From assembly GCF_009914755.1 (NCBI RefSeq), contig NC_060932.1: a stretch of DNA of 64,000 bases. The stretch is one strand, 5' to 3'. The notes below the pieces were generated by a model. The model saw nothing but the letters and a program-made list of their open reading frames with translations. It was not told where the DNA came from and searched no databases. Below, in pieces: positions 59,701-64,000 of the stretch. Position numbers and translations under genes: made by a program. This DNA comes from the human T2T-CHM13v2.0 reference genome, Homo sapiens. The number at the start of each line of letters is the position of its first letter. Within the stretch, counting starts at the first letter, position 1.

Positions 59701-59750
59701 ACCTTCAGGTTTCCTCCTCCTCAGAGGACAGCGATTCTGACCTGCAGTGA
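56740..59750 (+). pseudogene. FAM90A: FAM90A family copy (FAM90A2P/25P-like). Coding exons 56740-56862, 57357-57556, 58015-58123, 58788-59750; 464 codons with one nonsense at codon 267
   Basis: MTARRDPKPGAKRLVRAQTLQKQRR...LKCKNCRALGHTVRSTRCPMK...LYEDLQVSSSSEDSDSDLQ*. GT-AG introns; exons sum to 1,395 nt; TGA at 59154-59156. Confidence 0.93.
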
Positions 59751-60290
59751 GACTGCAGGTGGCAGGGGCTCCTTGGCCTCCAGCTCCCGTGACTTGGAGG
59801 GGACTGTGGGGCTGAGGAGCGCAGAGCAGAGAGCAGACTCTGTGCGGTGACTCCGAAGCTCCCCGGCTGTGGCGCTTCTGTGGATGTGGGAGCCCAGGCC
59901 AGGCAGGGAGCAGATGCAGGGACTCTGCCTCATTGAATTCTGGTGAGGGACGTTGTAGTTGGCGTGGTTCTCCGGAAACGCGCCAGGAAAAGCTTCCGTG
60001 CCAGAGATTCGTTGCCTCAGAAACTGCGTGACGCGCAGGAGTCAGACTTCCGCTGGGACGTCAATAGGAAACTGGGGAATTACTGTGTATTTGCTGTCTA
60101 GATGACTGAATAAGGGAAAAGTTAGGGAACCCTGAGAGGTGCAGCCCTTCCGCTGTGCCCCGCCCTGAGAGCAGAGTTTCGGACGCTGGGAAGCGTGCTG
60201 TGCGAAGCGCTCTCGGGGTCTTTCCTCAGCCTCGAAAACTGGGCTCTGGAATGCCTTTGTAAACAGGTGTGTTGAATTTGTTTTGAAGTG

Positions 60291-60296
60291 AATAAA
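60291..60296 (+). terminator. FAM90A polyadenylation signal
   Basis: AATAAA 540 nt after the ancestral stop, with a downstream GT-rich tract (gtgtttgtgtgt). Confidence 0.7.
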
Positions 60297-60364
60297 ATTC
60301 TCAAAAAGATGACGTATTGTCTTTTGACTCTCATTCCGTGTTTGTGTGTAACTGATTTTCCAAG

Positions 60365-61385
60365 TGAAGGGGTGGCCTGCCCCTCCACACCTGTGGGTGT
60401 TTCTAGTCGGGTGGGATGAGAGACGGAGAAGAGAAATAAGACACAGAGACAAAGTATAGGGAGACAACAGTGGGTCCAGGGGACCGGCACTCAGCACACC
60501 AAGGACCTGCACCGGCCTCTGAGTTCCCTCAGTTTTTATTGATTATGATTTTCATTATTTCAGCAAAAAGGAATATACTAGGAGAGCAGGGTGATAATAA
60601 GGAGGTCAACAAAAAACATGTGAGCAAAAGAATCTATATCATAATTAAGTTCAAGGGAAGGTACTATGCCTGGACGTGCACGTAGGCCAGATTTATGTCT
60701 CTCTCCACCCAAACATCTCAGCGGAGTAAAGAATAACAAGGCAGCATTACTGCCAACATGTCTCGCCTCCCTCCACAGGGCAGCTTTTCTCCGAGCTCAG
60801 AGTTGAACAAATGTACGATCGGGTTTTACACCGAGACATTCAGTTCCCAGGGGCAAGCAGGAGACAGTGGCCTTCCTCCATGTCAACTGCAAGAGGCTTT
60901 CCTCTTTGACTAATACACCTCAGCACAGACGCTTTACGGGTGTCAGGCTGGGGGACAGTCAGGTCTTTCTCATCCCACGAGGCCATATTTCAGACTATCG
61001 CATGGGGAGAAACTTTGGACAATACCCTGCTTTCAAGGGCAGAGGTCCCTGCGGCTTTCCACGGTGCATTGTGTCCCTGGTTTATTGAGACTAGAGAATG
61101 GCAATGACTTTTACAAAGTATACTGCTTGTAAACATTTGGTTAACAAGGCACGTCCTGCACAGCCCTAGATCCCTTAAACCTTGATTTTATACAACATAG
61201 GTTTTTGTGTGCTCCAAGTTGGGTCAAAGCGGCTGGGGCAAAGTGGCTGGGGCAAAGCTACAAATGAACAACATCTCAGCAAAGCAATTGTTTAAAGTAC
61301 AGGTCCTTTTCAAAATAGAGTCTCTTATGTCTTCCCTTTCGACATAGACACAGTGACAGTCTGATCTCTCTTTCTTTTCCCTACA
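60365..61385 (-). mobile_element. Solo HERV-K LTR (LTR5A-like), antisense
   Basis: Reverse complement of the proviral LTRs, 1,021 bp, with a perfect 6-bp TSD TCCAAG (60359-60364 and 61386-61391). Confidence 0.95.
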
Positions 61386-64000
61386 TCCAAGGACTTGAAC
61401 ATTTCTTGACTTGTTAGCAATCCAAATCGTTATGTCTCCGAAACAGAGTTGACTGAGGGGACCGCAGGGCTGGGCAGGACCTTTGACTTCCTATACATCC
61501 ACAGGAGCAAGAAAACCTCAGCCCCGCTCTACCAAGACGCACCTAGTAAAATTCCGCCAATTGAATCTCACGCACGCTAACACGTGGGGAGCGTTGCTTG
61601 CACCACGAGTCCCCATTTGGCTCAACCGCCGATGCCAAGTGTGTGGTTCCGGTTGCGACGGCTCCCCGTGAAGTGGCTTCCGGATGTGCGAATGAACCAG
61701 GCAGAGTTTCGCTGGCCAAATAGACCCCAGCAAAGCTGAAGTTAACTCCCACATTTGGGATGTACTTCAGAGGTGAAACATTCATCCCTCTTCTTTCCGG
61801 ATGTCTGACACCGGGCCTTTCCATGGTTCTCCCCCTGATCCTAAGAGTAGCTGAGGTAGAGACTCACTGAAAGATCTAGGCAGGGATATCCCATCATGCA
61901 CAGGCTCTCTCCATTCTCTGACCTGGGAACAACTCTCAGCAGGATTGCATACCTAGGCGGCCTCGGAACTCAGCGGGATTTGCTGAGACACACCAAATGG
62001 CTGCTCCCTTTCCGCCGCTTTTGAGGGTCGTTATCTTGATTATCCAGATCACCTACAAAGTATCCGTATCCAGAATCAATAAGATCAACTCTCTGCTCCT
62101 CTGACAGCAGAAGGAGCAGGACCACAAGGAACCAAAGAGCGTGGAAGGAAACGATGTGACCGGAAAGCTCGGAAAACGGCCACAGGGGGTCGTCAGCAGG
62201 CCTTCCAACCTGAATCATGAATAATTAATGAAGCACAAATCAAAGGGGACTCGAGTTTCAGCAGATGCAATTCATCCAACGGGAGATCGCCGGAGGGCCA
62301 ACAAGATTGAGAAACTGGGAGTCGGGTGCAGTGTCAAGGGGGACGCGACTGGTTCCAAAGCTCAAGAAGACCATGGGGTCACTTGGGCTACATGAGAAAA
62401 TGCCCCAGTGTGCTGGTTCATCATTCCGACTCCTGCCTGTCTCTTCCCGTCCAAGGAACATGGACCCTAAGTCGTGCAGGTGCGGATGACCATGGGCAGA
62501 ATTAGGGGACATGTCACAAAAGTTGAGGGACACGGGAGTTCCACAGAAGGTCCGGTTAATCTTCGCAAATCCAGAGACATGACAATGGGACCCAGGGAAT
62601 TAGAGCCTCACAGGCGTCCAGGAGACTTTTCAGGCATAATGCCTGGAGTCGCAAGACGAGCTGAAAAGGGAGCCAGGTACTGAAGGACAAAGCGGTGTTG
62701 GCTTTCTTCATCTGTGTTTCCCAGTGCAGTCCAATTCACTGTGGTAGAATTCATGTATTTATTTTCCGTCGGCTTGTAGTTGCAAACTTTTGATGTTATT
62801 GATTTTTGGTTGGAGAGTTTTGGTTTGAAAAACTAGATATTCTGAAGATGGAGGTTGTCCAAGATTGTATCTCAAGGTGAGTCTACTTGATGCCAGCGAA
62901 GCATACTTTGACATATAATGCATATGTTTGAATTATATTTTGTCTTTTTTACCATATTTTAAAAAATCACTTCGTGAAAAATGTCAGAGTTAGATACACC
63001 AATGTTAAATTTCTCATCACATGTCCAGAGGCAGTGTAAAATGCAGTCTAGAAGGCAAAATTCCCAGCCACTTCTATGTGGAACTTTCTGCAGAGTGGGA
63101 TTGTATCCAGCGTTTTCAGGGGGCGCAGGTGTGGTAATAGCTGGTCCTTGGCTTCCTGCTGAAGTTGGAATCCTGCAGATTGCTTAGGGGCGGTTTCAGC
63201 CTGTCCCTTCTTTCCAGGTCATCACTAACCTTTCCTGAGCCCCCATGGGGACTCAGAACTTATCTAGAGTCACAGGCCGGCCTGGGATGCTGCCCTTGAG
63301 CCTTTGTGCTGTCCATGATGGTTCCATGCCACTGATCTGCTGGGACACATTCTGCAGAAGGATGGGCTGGCAGGAGCTGTCCCTGCCTTTCTGAAAATCA
63401 CAGAGATTTCTGCTGTCAGAAGCCACAGAGAAATATCTTTGGAGTCTCAGGTAGGCCAGGGATGCCATTCACAGGCTCCTGTTCTTCCTCTTAATGGTAG
63501 CAAGAGTGATTTCTGAGTTTCCTAATTGACTTCGAAATAATTTTGTTGATTTCGTTGTGACAAAGACCACTCCTCTTTCTGTGGCATCCAGTTCACCTGT
63601 AGTGTTTTTTGGGATTATGTGGAAACTCTTGCATTTTTCCAGAGCCTCACTTCATCCGGGATGTTCTCAGGAATGCACGAGCTGATCCCTGCCTTGGTGG
63701 CATCTTGGAACATTGAGGGAGGCCCCTTAGGTCCAGAAGGCACTAGGAGGTCCATCAGGAATTGAGAGGGCATGTGTCTGCCCATCTGTAGCTGGAACTT
63801 CTATTTGTCTTCAGAATGCAGATTCTTCCTGAACTAATAAATTATCTTCATCTTGGTGTAAGTAGCTACAATATAATAATTCACAGTAACTCTATTAATA
63901 AAAATAACTGAATATCAACAATGAAGACAATAATGACAATGTTAATTGTTATAATATTAATAGCAAAAATAAAAGAAAGTCATTAGGGATTGGAGATTCC

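Larger units (their letters stand above)
55009..62745 (+). repeat. One FAM90A macrosatellite unit (period 7,629 bp) bounded by a 108-bp direct repeat
   Basis: 55009-55116 matches 62638-62745 at a constant offset of 7,629. Confidence 0.85.

Noticed and set aside
61543-61824. 93-aa minus-strand ORF (MERPGVRHPERRG...) within the FAM90A unit
   Set aside because: It may overlap an antisense non-coding exon, but there is no domain or supported gene structure in the sequence alone.
62746-64000. Unique-looking sequence beyond the FAM90A unit, possibly a decayed gene on the - strand
   Set aside because: The minus-strand frames I read have multiple stops and I could not recognise a family.

Overview
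Human/great-ape genomic DNA, Alu-dense, from a mosaic segmental duplication. The gene order best fits the 8p23.1 REPP-type cassette; this locus assignment is from recall and was not verified by search. Left to right: an Alu/MLT/MER50-rich flank; a full-length but defective type-2 HERV-K(HML-2) provirus (6401-15950, LTR5A/B-like LTRs, 5-bp TSD); an 820-bp alternating purine/pyrimidine minisatellite; one unprocessed ENPP7-like pseudo-exon; a triple-nested Alu>LTR>LTR12 insertion; a CpG island; an intact 8-exon, 330-aa FAM86B (EEF2KMT paralog) gene on +; four 3' ALG1 pseudo-exons on -, tail-to-tail with FAM86B; and exactly one 7,629-bp FAM90A repeat unit. That unit has a TATA promoter with DUX4-type sites, a FAM90A copy broken by one last-exon nonsense codon, and an antisense solo LTR5. 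Most ORFs in the supplied track are Alu, LTR or microsatellite artefacts. I found no demonstrably new biological system. The strongest leads are hypotheses: FAM90A as a DUX4-driven factor with a TAF1-like zinc knuckle and an EAF/AFF-like C-terminal motif; the ENPP7 'pseudogene' as a relic of a separate lost paralog; and a Rec ORF disabled only at its splice donor.
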